From: a virus
DNA length: 64,000 nucleotides
Direction: 5' to 3' (one strand)
Virus record (IMG/VR): IMGVR_UViG_3300045684_000009
Location: 69,829-133,828 of that record
The position numbers were made by a program, and so were the translations under genes. Below the pieces are notes generated by a model. That model saw only the letters and a list, made by a program, of their open reading frames with translations, was not told where the DNA came from and did no database searches. Position 1 is the stretch's first letter; each line of letters opens with the position of its first letter. This document shows positions 31,901-44,407 of the stretch, in pieces.

Positions 31901-32293
31901 ATGGCAGATTATCAGCTAATAAACACATTAGAATATCAAACTAGATTATTAGGATGTATTAAAGAATCGGTTAGCACTTTAAGCGGCGGTGACGTTGTTG
32001 CACCCATTGGTGGAACGATAGTAGGAACAATTCAAAATGCAGTAGCAACGCTTACTACAGGAGATTTAACTGGTGCTTCTTCTGATATAAGATCAATAAA
32101 TGTACAACTGGAATCTTCAACTCTTGTTGAAGTGTTGGTTACATTTACAGATAACTCAACTACCACGCATAATATGTTTGGTGGTAGTTACACTTTAGAG
32201 TTAGACAATAATCAAACGGCGGTGAAATCAGTCACATTAACAGAAATTGATGGAACATCTACTAGAGCCATTATTAATTACATAAGTAAATAA
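31901..32293 (+). CDS. probable virion protein
   Basis: Thr/Ser/Val-rich beta protein in the plus-strand island. Confidence 0.45.
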   Translation: MADYQLINTLEYQTRLLGCIKESVSTLSGGDVVAPIGGTIVGTIQNAVATLTTGDLTGASSDIRSINVQLESSTLVEVLVTFTDNSTTTHNMFGGSYTLELDNNQTAVKSVTLTEIDGTSTRAIINYISK

Positions 32294-32302
32294 AAAACAA
32301 AT

Positions 32303-33250
32303 ATGATAAATCTTTTCATGATGATATTTATAGCAGGACTTATTTCGGGAGTTATCGGAGTAAGTATTACAAAAAAAGGTAGAGCCTTTTTTGTTGACCT
32401 TTGGGTTAAGTTACGATATCTATTCTCAACTAAGGTAGACATAGAGTCAGCAAACTACGGATGTGTAGATGGCGATACAGAAGCTTTTAGAGTATTAGGT
32501 TCAATAAAACCTATTGAGGGTTATATCACTTGGTATTTAGATACTGACCACCTATCTAAACGAAGCATCTCTAGAGAAGACGCTATCAAAGGATTAAAGA
32601 AAGGTTTTGGTATACTAGCTCCACACATGAGTAACGTTGAATTTAAAGAAGTTCTCAGTAAAGAAGGTGCTCAAATAGTTATAGGTTTTTATAAGAATGG
32701 CGAACAAGGTTTACCAAAGGCTTTCTCTCCAAATACATTAGCTTACGCATATTTAGCAAATAATACAGATGCGTTAGGTATAGTTTCAGATATGTTTTTT
32801 AATGAACGCTTCTTGTGGGCATTATCTCATGGGGCAGGACGAATTAACTTTACCAAAGTATTCGTACATGAAGTGTTACATTCATTAGGTATGTATCATA
32901 ATACAGCAGATAAGTCTAGCATACTATACCCATCGTATTCGCCTAATAATACTATCAAACTAGCAACTGACGATATTAATGGTTTAAAGTTTCTTTATGA
33001 AAAATATGAAGGACCAACTGATACACCTGACGACGATGATGATTCAGATGATGGAAATGGTGGTGGGCAAGACGAAGATAACTGCGCAAAGCATTTAGAA
33101 AGAATTACAGTGTTAAATAAGGAGCTGGCAGCATGTAGAACAAAGGCTGCTACTGATATAAGAAAGCTAGAAGACACTATTAAACAAAAAAACAAAGACA
33201 TAGCTGTATCGTCTAAAATCATACAGTCTATAAAGTCGTTATTAAAATAA
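32303..33250 (+). CDS. Matrixin-like (M10) zinc metallopeptidase with N-terminal TM helix and C-terminal coiled coil
   Basis: TLAYAY strand, HEVLHSLGMYH zinc-binding motif, SILYP turn and L..DDI.GL..LY. Confidence 0.82.
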   Translation: MINLFMMIFIAGLISGVIGVSITKKGRAFFVDLWVKLRYLFSTKVDIESANYGCVDGDTEAFRVLGSIKPIEGYITWYLDTDHLSKRSISREDAIKGLKKGFGILAPHMSNVEFKEVLSKEGAQIVIGFYKNGEQGLPKAFSPNTLAYAYLANNTDALGIVSDMFFNERFLWALSHGAGRINFTKVFVHEVLHSLGMYHNTADKSSILYPSYSPNNTIKLATDDINGLKFLYEKYEGPTDTPDDDDDSDDGNGGGQDEDNCAKHLERITVLNKELAACRTKAATDIRKLEDTIKQKNKDIAVSSKIIQSIKSLLK

Positions 33251-33254
33251 AACA

Positions 33255-34727
33255 ATGAGCATAAATAGTTCTTATACAAATAAGTCAAATATAACTTCTG
33301 AGTTGTTGTATTCCAACTATGCGGCAACGCTTGCTGACACATCGGAACTCGATAGCGGTTGGTTAGACGTAAGTGGTGTAGATAAAATACAATTTTCAGG
33401 TAGGTCAGATACAGCAGGTCTTAATCTTGTAATTGATTCAAGAGGTGACTCGTCACAAACTGTATTGACTACTAATACCATATATTCAGATGGTCCGTTC
33501 TTCCTATTCAACGTCCCAGCTAGACAAAACGAAATGAGGTTTAGGTGGCAGAACAACACGGGAGGATCTGTAAACGATGTAACTTCGGAAGTAAAAGCGA
33601 CTTACGGTAGTTCCGACAAATTATCTGTATTCCCAGTTGGAGTTCAACCATCAGATTTCTCACAAGCAGCTTTAGTGCAATCTGTACTTAGAGGACAAGA
33701 ACCTGTAAACGGTACATATAAACAAGTACAAGTTAATCAATCAGGAGCGATGCTTACTTCCGATTTTGGTACAGAGGTTTCTCGAGGATTATATGAAGGT
33801 ACAGGTATTAATGTTAAATTTGGTAGAAATAGCGATATAGACATAGGAACACCAGAGGATGTGTGGGAAGGTGGTGGAATTTACACTGGGTTTCCTACAT
33901 CTGAAGAGGCAATTCAAGTGTTTAGTTCAAGCGGTGCGGACGTAGGTAGTGTTTTATCAACAGAAGTAGCAACAAGTGGGACTAGTACTACAATGACATC
34001 AATAGGAGCAACTTTTGTAAGTTCAGGCGTAACAGTAGGTGACGTTATGGTAAATGACACCAAAGGAGAACATGGAATTATATCTAATGTTACAGAAGAT
34101 ACATTGACTGTTTATAGTATGTCAGGAGGTGTTACTAACGAAGCAGGAGACAATGTTAGAGTAGTTACTAATTCATCTACAGGTGTTTCATTAATAAGAC
34201 TGCAATCGTTGCTTGATGGTAATTTTATTAAGCAAACGGACGTCTACGTGGTGACGAATGGTGTGACAAGTGTATCTACACCACTTAGTAATTATACTAG
34301 ATGTTCTAGAGTAAAAGCTATCCATGCAGGAAGTGGCGGAGTGAATGCTGGTAACATAACTGTAAGACAAGCCACCACTACAACTAATGTTTATTCAACA
34401 ATGCAAGTAGGGTATGGTCAATCTACTGTATCAGCAACATCTACACCTTCTGATAAGATATACCTTATAAAATCAATTGATGTAGAAATGGCTAGATCTA
34501 ACGGTTCAGCAGGTTCTGCGGTAATTCAATTTCTTGTTAGAGAAAGAGGTGGTGCTTGGAATGCAAAAAGAGTATATGATGTTACTGATTCAGTATCAGT
34601 AAATACTAAATTTGTAGGAGGGATTGTAGTAAATCCTATGTCTGACATAAAGGTGCGGGTAACTTCTGTATCAGATAATAACACATCTGTGGAAGCCTCG
34701 TTTGAATACTTTATAATAGACATTTAA
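33255..34727 (+). CDS. probable virion structural protein (beta-rich)
   Basis: 490 aa, S/T/G/V-rich, with a KFG.N.DID....EDVWEGGG.Y motif frequent in phage structural proteins. Confidence 0.5.
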   Translation: MSINSSYTNKSNITSELLYSNYAATLADTSELDSGWLDVSGVDKIQFSGRSDTAGLNLVIDSRGDSSQTVLTTNTIYSDGPFFLFNVPARQNEMRFRWQNNTGGSVNDVTSEVKATYGSSDKLSVFPVGVQPSDFSQAALVQSVLRGQEPVNGTYKQVQVNQSGAMLTSDFGTEVSRGLYEGTGINVKFGRNSDIDIGTPEDVWEGGGIYTGFPTSEEAIQVFSSSGADVGSVLSTEVATSGTSTTMTSIGATFVSSGVTVGDVMVNDTKGEHGIISNVTEDTLTVYSMSGGVTNEAGDNVRVVTNSSTGVSLIRLQSLLDGNFIKQTDVYVVTNGVTSVSTPLSNYTRCSRVKAIHAGSGGVNAGNITVRQATTTTNVYSTMQVGYGQSTVSATSTPSDKIYLIKSIDVEMARSNGSAGSAVIQFLVRERGGAWNAKRVYDVTDSVSVNTKFVGGIVVNPMSDIKVRVTSVSDNNTSVEASFEYFIIDI

Positions 34728-34754
34728 AATTAAAAAACAACAAAAGCAAGACGA

Positions 34755-35198
34755 ATGAAAAAAACAATATTAGAAAGAACAAAAGATTTTGACACAGATA
34801 AGTTAAAGAAACCAAATCCACTTGATGTACTACATGATTTAAGAATTGTGAGAGATGCATTGGATAATGCTATAGAAGATGCTGCGAAAGTTGCGGCGGA
34901 AACAAAGACTTCATTAGTTAAATTACTAGGCGATCACCGCAATCTATCAGTTGAGTTTGGAAACCTTGCTAGTTCAAGTAAGAACTATGCAAAACAACAA
35001 GCTGAGAACGCCTTTGTAAGAGCACATAAAGATGCGTTGGAACTATCCAAGGTGTTAGAGAAGAAGATATCGCACATCACTTCTCAGAGAGTTACACGAG
35101 AAGATTTAGAAGCTTTAAGACTTAGGTTGTTAGACTTAGAAGGTCGTAAGGGTTTCTTGAGTAGGTGTTGGAATAAGATTAAAAGTATATTCTCATAA
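34755..35198 (+). CDS. coiled-coil hypothetical protein
   Basis: Last gene of the plus-strand island, with an amphipathic C-terminal helix. Confidence 0.55.
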   Translation: MKKTILERTKDFDTDKLKKPNPLDVLHDLRIVRDALDNAIEDAAKVAAETKTSLVKLLGDHRNLSVEFGNLASSSKNYAKQQAENAFVRAHKDALELSKVLEKKISHITSQRVTREDLEALRLRLLDLEGRKGFLSRCWNKIKSIFS

Positions 35199-35208
35199 AT
35201 GGGAATTG

Positions 35209-35237
35209 AGGGGAGACATTTAGTCTCCCCTTTTTTT
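35209..35237. terminator. Intrinsic terminator between convergent genes
   Basis: AGGGGAGAC-ATTTA-GTCTCCCCT followed by a T-run. Confidence 0.85.
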
Positions 35238-35238
35238 A

Positions 35239-35616
35239 TTACTGCACGTAGCTTGCAGGGATTTTACAAAACTTTCCGTCAGTCTTCTCTGCGATAATAG
35301 GGTACTTCCTAGATCGTGGTGCGATGCCTACGATTTTATATTTACGACCATTCAACTCAACCTCGGTCAACCATTGTTGGGGAGTCAAACCATAGGAACT
35401 ACAATGTCTCATGTAGTCAGCTTTGAAAGATAACAACTCCCCATCCTTTTGATTATCCGCCGTACCAATCACTGCTTCCAGTTTAGTTCTGAATCCATAG
35501 TCATCATAACTAATGTTACCTAGACTTAACTTAATAGAGTGCTTTGTTTCTAACGCCGCAACTGCTTTTGCAAAGTCTGTTCTGAATTGTTTAAAACTTG
35601 CTTTGTCTGTTTTCAT
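35239..35616 (-). CDS. hypothetical phage protein
   Basis: 125-aa ORF with a C-terminal G..PR.RKYPI motif. Confidence 0.6.
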   Translation of the reverse strand: MKTDKASFKQFRTDFAKAVAALETKHSIKLSLGNISYDDYGFRTKLEAVIGTADNQKDGELLSFKADYMRHCSSYGLTPQQWLTEVELNGRKYKIVGIAPRSRKYPIIAEKTDGKFCKIPASYVQ

Positions 35617-36116
35617 GTTAATTATTTTTATTTATTTAATTTTGTTTTCATTAATTCTAATTCAGTTAATACGTTTGTAGCCACCTCCTTTATTTTCACA
35701 ATTTTGTAATCGACTTTAGTAGCATTACATATCTGAATTGCTTGTTCTAATGATATTGCTATAACATGGCGGTCTTGCCCGTAAATATCAACAGCTCTAT
35801 ATAAGTTCAATTGCATAACTTTATTTTATTAATTTATTAATCATTAATTCCCACTCACCATTCTTATAACTGTTAGTATACACTCTAGCTGTATCAAACT
35901 TCATCTTTATTTGTGCGTAACGAAAGTCAGGGTTTTTAAGTACCGCAGCTTCAAACTCTGAATCCATATACTCTAAAACTCTAGTATCACTAATAGCCAT
36001 ACCATAATGGCGTGGTGTTAAATAGCGAACCCACTTCTCATTAAACTCAGTTGAAGTCATGTTAGCTTTCTTCATCATGTTAATTAATTGCTGATGAGCA
36101 CTCATTAGTATTATGT

Positions 36117-36938
36117 TCATAACCTTATGTTGTGTTGTTTATAAATGTTTGGATCGTTTAGGGTCATTGGTGTTTCTATAGCACCCCAAAACCATCTCAC
36201 CACACTATCTAAAGGTATCTCAGTATGGCTATCGACCAACTGACCATCAATAGTCATTTGCTTTACAATGAACGAACCTCTCTTCTTACTATAGTGTAGG
36301 TCATTCCAATTGTGACCTTTCTGAAAACACAACTCCTGCACTTCATCTCCACTCTTCTTATGTAGTTCTTTGTGTGAGTATAAGGATTGACCTAACATAC
36401 TGATAGAGTTCTTCACCGCATCTCGTTGTCTTGCATGGAAGTAATTAGGTACTTCTTCTTTTGGTATATTGAACACTCTTGAGTCGAAGAATGCTAAAGG
36501 CATATTATCAATAGACTCTAGTATAAATTCCCCATAATTACTCTCTTCTGATTTACCCCAATCGTTTACTCTCGATATTCTTAACTGATTAAACTTTGCG
36601 GTACATAAGGAAGCACTTATACTTGTCATCTTCTGTACTGAGTAATCAAACCAAGCCTGAGTCTTAAGATTCACATAATCTGTAATAAGGATAGATATCT
36701 CATCACTTTGAACATACGCACATTTAGCTCCCTCAATCTTTGAGCATAAATATGTAGCAGTATCTCGCATATCTTCAATCAAACCTTCGTCAAAAGGTTT
36801 ATCAAGCCCTCGTGTATATGTGTGGAAAGCTTTACCATCGAGTCTCATTATCACAGGAGTCCTTCTAGTTAGGAAAGTCCTGCTACGGGTTTCGTAATTA
36901 GCTTTCATTCTTTGCATAATTGGGTCGTTCTTACTCAT
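36117..36938 (-). CDS. tRNA(His) guanylyltransferase Thg1-like protein
   Basis: RLDGKAFH, KPFD, YVQSDEIS, QK..S.SAS, FDSRVF, RQ.DA.KNSI. Confidence 0.93.
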   Translation of the reverse strand: MSKNDPIMQRMKANYETRSRTFLTRRTPVIMRLDGKAFHTYTRGLDKPFDEGLIEDMRDTATYLCSKIEGAKCAYVQSDEISILITDYVNLKTQAWFDYSVQKMTSISASLCTAKFNQLRISRVNDWGKSEESNYGEFILESIDNMPLAFFDSRVFNIPKEEVPNYFHARQRDAVKNSISMLGQSLYSHKELHKKSGDEVQELCFQKGHNWNDLHYSKKRGSFIVKQMTIDGQLVDSHTEIPLDSVVRWFWGAIETPMTLNDPNIYKQHNIRL

Positions 36939-39900
36939 TCTAACTTTTTTAATTGTTTATTAATGAAGTCTATCAACACTGGGGTAAACATAAACGCTAT
37001 ATTGTTAAGGTCATCAAGCAGGATATCAGTTATTTCATTACTCCCTACAGCAATAAGCACACTACAACAAATTAACCATATTAAATAACCAAGCATCATT
37101 TTTATAGGTAAAGGTTGTTTACTAAAAGCTAATACAACCGCATCCATCTCCAAAAAAGTATGACACAAATACCCCAAAATAAATAATACGACTGCTGTCC
37201 AAAATGTTGTTACTATATCCATTATATTAATTTTAATGCTTCTTGTAATCCTTGCTCTAAGGCTTTCTCATAACTTTTATATTTGTTATCGACATATATT
37301 CCTAAATGATAACTATCAAAATCAGCTTTACTGTACAATTGATTCAATTCACATCCAAATAATGGGTTATTAAGACTTCGCCAAGTGATATTAATATGTA
37401 TACCATGCACTTCCCTCAACCATCGTTGTAGTAGAGATTGAGTACTTTTAAAATATAATATAACTTCTTCTGATTTTTTGTCATACTCACTCCTACGTAA
37501 ATAGCTATCCCAAACTTTACCATTCTCATCGCAATAGTAAAATGGTGTATAAGCTATATTCTTCCATATAATAGGAAACCCCTTCTCCTTAGCTAACTTA
37601 GCTGTTTTAAATGTTATTAGTTCATCTTTCATACTTCTAATTTTACATGATGATAACACCTCTTACACACATACCCCGTAGATTTATCTGATATAGTTTT
37701 ATCGCACCTTGTGCAATCAGATAGTTTAGGAGGAGCATTAGCTTTCAATATCTCTTCTTTACTTAAGAAGTATAAAGCATCACCCATACTGTCTTGAGCT
37801 TCAAGCCATTTTCTAATCTGTTCTATTGTAAATCTCATTGTTCTTGATTTTATTAATTACAGCATTTAACCATTTGGTACGAGGTTGTACTGAATATTTT
37901 TCCCACCAATATGTAGCATAAACCTCATTTTTAGATATTGTCGTAAGGAAATCCTTACATCTATAGTATTGTTTGATATAAGTATGCTTGTTGGCTCTAG
38001 CGTTCAATACACACAAACCCCCAATACCTACCTCAGATACCTCGAATACTCTATCCATCATGTTTTCTAATCCAACCAATAATCTCTCAATTCTTTCAGG
38101 TGAATACCCTGCAAGAACGATGTCGATTTGTTCTTCGTATTTAATCATGTCAATCAATTTCAATTACTAAATTAATACGCTGCATGTTTATACCATCGTA
38201 TAACTTACGCTTCTCTTGTAAGTCTTCACTTGGCATAACATAAACTGGATAGTCTTCATAACTAAACGTGTCACATACACTTATGATGTGGGTAGCACCT
38301 AACAATTGTGCTTCTTTTATCCACCTCGCTTTACGATTTCCTTTCATTAGTTTTATATTTATTCTTCAAATATATCTGTGAACTCTATAGGTTCATCAGA
38401 TTCAAAATACTTAGCAGCTTCGTCATGATAGCTTTTAATTTCACCCTTCTTTTTACGCTTAGGTTCTAAATACCAATATATGCCTAGACAAGTTAGGCAT
38501 ATTATTAAAGCAATCAAAAATACATTAATTATTGTTATCATTTTGTACGAGTTTATTTCTGTAATTAGTTTTATTAGTTGTCATGTTCTTAATTTACGAA
38601 GTTATAAATATAATCAAATAACCAATCTATACCTAATGCTTGACTAAAGTAGTTCATTATTATTGTAGAGATTATGGTGGTTAGTACCCACCCAAATATA
38701 TTACCGAAAGTCTCAAATATCTTAGAGAACCACCCACCAAGAAACCTAAGTTCTAAATAGTATAATATACTACCTGTGAATCCATAGAATCCTATGTAGT
38801 AGAATAACATTGATACTATTTTGTGGGCGATGATATATTCAAGCTTATCATAAGCTGAACATAATGATTGCCACATGCAATCCATATTATCTAACCACAT
38901 CCAACACACAAGGTCGGCTAACTGACTAGAGAAGATTCCTAGAATTAAAAACACTGTTGCTAATTGTATCTTGTTGTTCATATTAGTTTATATTTATTAG
39001 TTTTAAACATTGGTCAACCATTGTCTAGTTAATAATCACTGCTTTTTACAATACCATCGTTCCATGCACCACATAGCATGCATTGAAGTTCATCATTTAA
39101 ATTGCAAGCGTTACATCCACAAACATCTCCTACAAAATCGTCATACGAATCTACAATGTTAGGATATGTTTTGTCTAAATCATCTGAACCTAGTACTGAC
39201 ATCTTTCAAGTTTTTAATTAGTGTTCTAATAATCATACCTTTTATATTAAAAGAGTTCATATATTCGTGGTGAGTTTTAGGTTCACCAAATATATCAGCA
39301 TACAATTCAGAAGCTGTATCTATATACTTCTCATAAACGTTCCAAGGTATATCCATAATATTTAATTTATACAAACTGCGTCAGGATTATCTTCAGTATC
39401 CATGAAGTAGTTGTCGTTGTATTTACCTAACGTGGGTGAATACTTAACGGTGGTGTAATTGTTACCTTCATCATCAGATGAATGAATCGCTGTCAAATCT
39501 TTAGCTTCGGGGTTCTCTTTTAAGAAGTGAATTAGTCCGTCTACATATTGTTTTAAAGTCATAATATTTTTCTAGGTTCAGTACCTCCATCTAATATAAA
39601 CCAAAAGGTTACAAAAGGTACAAAGTTAATGCAAAATCGATTATTGTATTCAGAGTAATGGCAACCTATCCACACAGATTCCCATCTAAATAGTATTCCG
39701 TATTTCATGATTAATCGTATTTATGATATTTAGTAGTCTTTCCTCTCACCGCAGTTCCGTATTTCTTATACACTTCTATACAAACTGAATGAGTATTGCA
39801 ATGAATGTGTTGAACACTTAACGTATCACCTTGTGAATTGAGTGAGTAAATTGGTGGATCACCTACAAGTTCACAACTTGAGTCATATAGGTTTTCTGCA

Positions 39901-41399
39901 CACAGTGGATATCTACTCGTTGTACAACATGCAAGTAACGCACAGCAGCCGAATATTATAAGCCACCATAGCCAAATTGTTTTGTCTGGATTTTTCATTA
40001 TAATTTTGTTAATTTAAAAAAGTTAATCTCATCTGTGTACCCATTGTCGTTGAGATACTCAAGTATAACTTCGGTAGATGTGTCAACAATGCTACATTCA
40101 ACATCGAAGAATTCGTTAACTAAGTTATTTTCAACAGTGTAAGTTGTTATAGTTTTCCACCCAGTCAACTCTTTGATGCCATCACCTACGTCTTGATATT
40201 GGTTTTCAACTACGTAATATAAATTTCTCATGTTTTGTCTTGTTTGAGGTTTCATAATTAATCTTCTACGAAGTATGCAGCAATTACAAACGCAAATGTG
40301 CCTTGAATAAATACAGGCTCAAGAGTTAACATATATGTTACGACACATATGGTTGAGCTTATTATTAAATAAATTGATTTTCTCATAGTTTAGTATTTAT
40401 AGTGATAAAATGAAGGGTATTCTATTACAGAATCATAAGCCTCTTCTAGTACTGATGCGTCAATTGCGTCATCAAACCATATTGAATTAGAGTTGGCATC
40501 CATATACCTCCACAAACCTGTATTAGTAAATACAACCATACAAATTGTTGGATGAAATTCTCTGATAGCTTCAAAAGCTTTTAATATTTCTCGTGTCATA
40601 GTTAACGTTTTATATAGTGAACAAATATACATAAATTGTTCAACATGATGAACCTTTTAATCAAATAAAGTCTCATCTTCAAAATCAATATCTTCTTTCG
40701 TATATGGGTTAACACATGGAACAGAGGATTCGTATATACTAGCATCTATTCCAAATATCCCATTAGTCTCTGTATCTCTGTAAATATCTAAAGTCTCATC
40801 TTCATTTGAGATTGACCCTATCTGTTTGTATCTTTTCATAGTTTAGTTCTTTAATATTTAAATTGTTAAAATCTGCAGGTAACTCATTGTCTATAGCTGC
40901 CCTTATCAATCCCGACTTTACTCGTTCTAATACATCATTAACTACGCTCTCAAAGCTGTATTGAAATTCGTCTACTTTATCCATTACAGAATCTAATGAG
41001 TCGTGCTCGAATGGTTCGTAAATAACTACATCAGGTGGAACATCGTAATCACCATTAGCATGGGCTTCCTCAAGAAGTTTAACATCTCTATCAAAGTCAT
41101 CCCCAGATGAACACAGTATTTGCATGTAAGCGGCTGTTCGAATTATATCTTCCATTGTTATAAGTTTATGTGGTCTGCGCGACCTGTTATTATTGTAATA
41201 TTTTATTTGGGTCAAATGGTTCATTATACCAATCTTCTACTACATCGTCAACTTGGAATGAATCACATATGTAATCATCATCAGGTATACTAAGGAATTT
41301 ATTTAAAGCTTTGTCGGCTGCTTCTTGTAAGTTTTCAGCATCTACAGTGAACACTTCTACTTTCTGATATATTATAGGTATGTCATAACTTTTGCTCAT
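36935..41399 (-). other. Array of about 18 small hypothetical genes (accessory region), several with TM helices or a lipoprotein-like N-terminus
   Basis: Tightly packed 60-145 aa minus-strand ORFs with no recognisable motifs. Confidence 0.6.
40622..40631 (-). promoter_or_regulatory. Bacteroidota-type -7 promoter element
   Basis: Minus strand TGTATATTTG (TAnnTTTG) about 25 nt upstream of an ATG at 40599. Confidence 0.5.
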
Positions 41400-41603
41400 A
41401 TTTATTATATTTTAGTCATTTAATTCATCAACTAATTCGTCGATATTAATTTTCAATTCTTCAATAGAGTTTGCGAACTCCATGAATGCGTCACAATCGT
41501 CTATACTGTACGCTTCGTAGTACCCCCACTCATTAGCAACAGTATCTATATTATAACCTTTGTATTTCTCTGTCATGATTTCTATCTTTTAAAATAAAAG
41601 TAG

Positions 41604-41674
41604 TTAGAGTAGGAGGATTCGAACCTCCGATATCAGCTCCAAAAGCTGATGTGTTACCACTACACTATACTCCA
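41604..41674 (-). tRNA. tRNA-Gln(UUG), CCA not encoded
   Basis: Minus strand TGGAGTATAGTGTAGTGGTAACACATCAGC-TTTTGGA-GCTGATATCGGAGGTTCGAATCCTCCTACTCTAA: 7-bp acceptor stem, D arm, anticodon stem TCAGC/GCTGA, GGTTCGAATCC T-loop. It is followed by CTA, not CCA. Confidence 0.93.
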
Positions 41675-41852
41675 ATAATAAATCAAGCTTTGAATATCTC
41701 ACCCATAAGTCTTTCGACTCGTTCCCATGACCACGTACACTTGTAATTCAAGCTAATGGAAATACCAATACGCTATATAGGTCTATTTGTGAATGCAGGA
41801 ATAAACTTAGCTACTCTTCCTCTTATTGAGCAGTACTTGATCTGTTGTTTTC

Positions 41853-44159
41853 TTATTTAGTTTTAGACTTCGGTTGACCAATGTTTTCCGTTATTGTTTG
41901 AGGTTCAACTTCGGTCCACGCAGTAATGTAAATCTTATCACCGTCTTTGTTTATTCCACTACAATACATACCATCGAGTTTGTGTATTGTAATTTCATCA
42001 CCTTTATTTACCACTAATGCCCCAGGCGGCGTTCGTATGATATTATCAGTCACTATAACTTTTGTTCCATAAGTTACTTCATGTGCTTCCATAATTTATT
42101 AATTATTTAGTTATTAATTTCTTATCCAATGTAAACCCGCACGTTTAGTACCTGCGCTTACTAACAACCCTATACCAACATCTAACAATAGATGTTCTAT
42201 CTTTTGTTTTTCTCCAAGTGTGATGATTACGCCACCAGTTATGTAACCTATCTTTCTCAGATCATCTGATACATGATAGTAATCAAATACACCAAAGTTT
42301 TTAGCATACCAATTGTCTTTATTTTCCCATGATGAAGACCCCCAAAATCCACTTGGGTCAGCACCATACTTTCTTTCAAATGAAGTGCGCCCATCAAACT
42401 CATAACCTTCTACTGCTCCATCAATAAACCCTGTGACTGCTAATACAGACCACCCTATTACTTTGCTCTTAGGTACTTTGTATTGGGCTTGTAAGTGATC
42501 TGGATAGGATATTGCCCATGCCAACACTACTAATATCAATATAATCTTTAATTTATCACTCATTAGGTATAATGTTTTTAACTTAATTCGAATCTAAATT
42601 TAGGGGTATCGTTATCTATCTTGCTCAACTTATCTGCGACCTCATTAAATTTTAAGCAGGTGTTATAATATTGTGAACTTAATGTCAGCAGTAATTTATG
42701 CCCACAACTGTAATCCTCAAAACCATCCCTTGCTTTTAAATACAATTTTCTGTATTGCTTTTTCAAATACCATTTTTTCATCTTCTATTGTTTTAATTGG
42801 TCATCTTTAAAATTAAAATCTATCTCTGACATGGGTGTTAAATAATCTATGCCGCTATCGTAACAATCTAACTTTAACTCATCTGATAAATCTAATGACT
42901 GGTCAGGAGAGAACAAATAACGTAATAACAAAATTAACAATGTGAAAAGTAATTGTGTGATACCATATATTAAATAACTATTCATTCTATTGTTTTAATT
43001 GTTTTTCCAATTCCACCACATAATACCTAATCTTGGACCTCTATTAGTTTCAACTCCTAAAGACAAGTGTAATCCACTCCAACATTGCCACCCAATGTCA
43101 ATACCATAAGATATAGAAGTATCTGTATAAGTATCAACAGAAGCAATACTACCTGCTAAAGATATGGTAGGATGTATCATGTGTCCAATACTTATTCTTC
43201 TACCGAAACCATTTAATTCATCATCAGATATAACACCAAGTGATAAATAAGTATCTCCATAACCTCCAATAAAGTTTAAATCATAATCAGCAAATGGATT
43301 TTCATTGTCAATTATTCTTCCTAAAGACACACCAATTTTAAATTGCGGTTCTTGTATAATTCTTGTTGGTGGTGGCATAGGCCCTCCACATGCATCTTCT
43401 TGTGCTACACCTAATAAGGGTAGTACACATAATAATAATATAATAATCCTTTTCATGTTAATATTTTTAATCCTGTTTTTTTACGTAGAGTAGTATACCC
43501 TACTTTAAATTTCTTAAGTAATCTAGGCATGTCTTGAGGTTTGCGATTCAAATAAGATGCTGCGATATCGGGGTCGCCATTACTTCTTAACAATGCTTTT
43601 ACAACATTCACACGAAGATTCACATTTAAGTTTAATCCTAATACTTTAGCTAACATTTCGTTAAGTTCATCTTCTAACAATAAAACATATACCGACTTAT
43701 CCTGTTTAACTCCTTTTATTCTCATTGTTTTTATTTGTTAAATAAATATTTTACTATTGCCACTAAACCCGACATCACAACATGTATAATTACCGTAGCT
43801 GATAAAACATAAAACACAGTTCTAGCTGCACTTGTACCGTTTAATACTTCTATTATTTCAATCATAATTGATTATAAATGATTATTAATAACTTCAACAA
43901 TCTTAGACAGTGTTGACAGTTTTATACTAAAGCGTTGTTGAACCAATCGTTTACTTTTGTACTCTTTTAATAATTCAAAATCTTTATATAATTCAAAGTT
44001 ACTAGTAAGAGTCCGTCTGCTAATAATTAACGCTGGATCCATTGTATCAGTCTTTGTGACTGTGAATTGTGTTTTACTAAGTTCGCCGAAGTTAGTTTTA
44101 GACTTCAAACTAAACGTAGGTGTAAGAAACCGTATTACTTCTGTGATATCGTTATTCAT
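41853..44159 (-). other. Cluster of small hypothetical genes, including two exported proteins (42114..42563, 42995..43456)
   Basis: Signal-peptide-like N-termini. The 42995..43456 product has alternating beta-strand patterns reminiscent of a small outer-membrane barrel. Confidence 0.5.
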
Positions 44160-44407
44160 AATATTTGAATTTTATAAATTAATAACCAAACCTTGGTCAA
44201 CCGAAGTTGAGGGAGGGTCGAAACCCCCCCCCATCTACAGAATTAGTTACCTATTAGTATAGGTGTTTCCGTGGTCATCTGTCACTTCTTTACCTTGGTT
44301 GGAGGTATAAGTGTTGTAAGACAACCATAAGAAAATTGCAGTAGCTAAAAGGCCACCAATTGATAAATACAAAACCATAATTAGTTGTTTTTTAAAAAGT
44401 TAATAAA

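Noticed and set aside
44209-44232. tRNA T-arm-like sequence GGGAGGGTCGAAACCCCCCCC
   Set aside because: There is no acceptor, D or anticodon arm. It is at most a simple hairpin.
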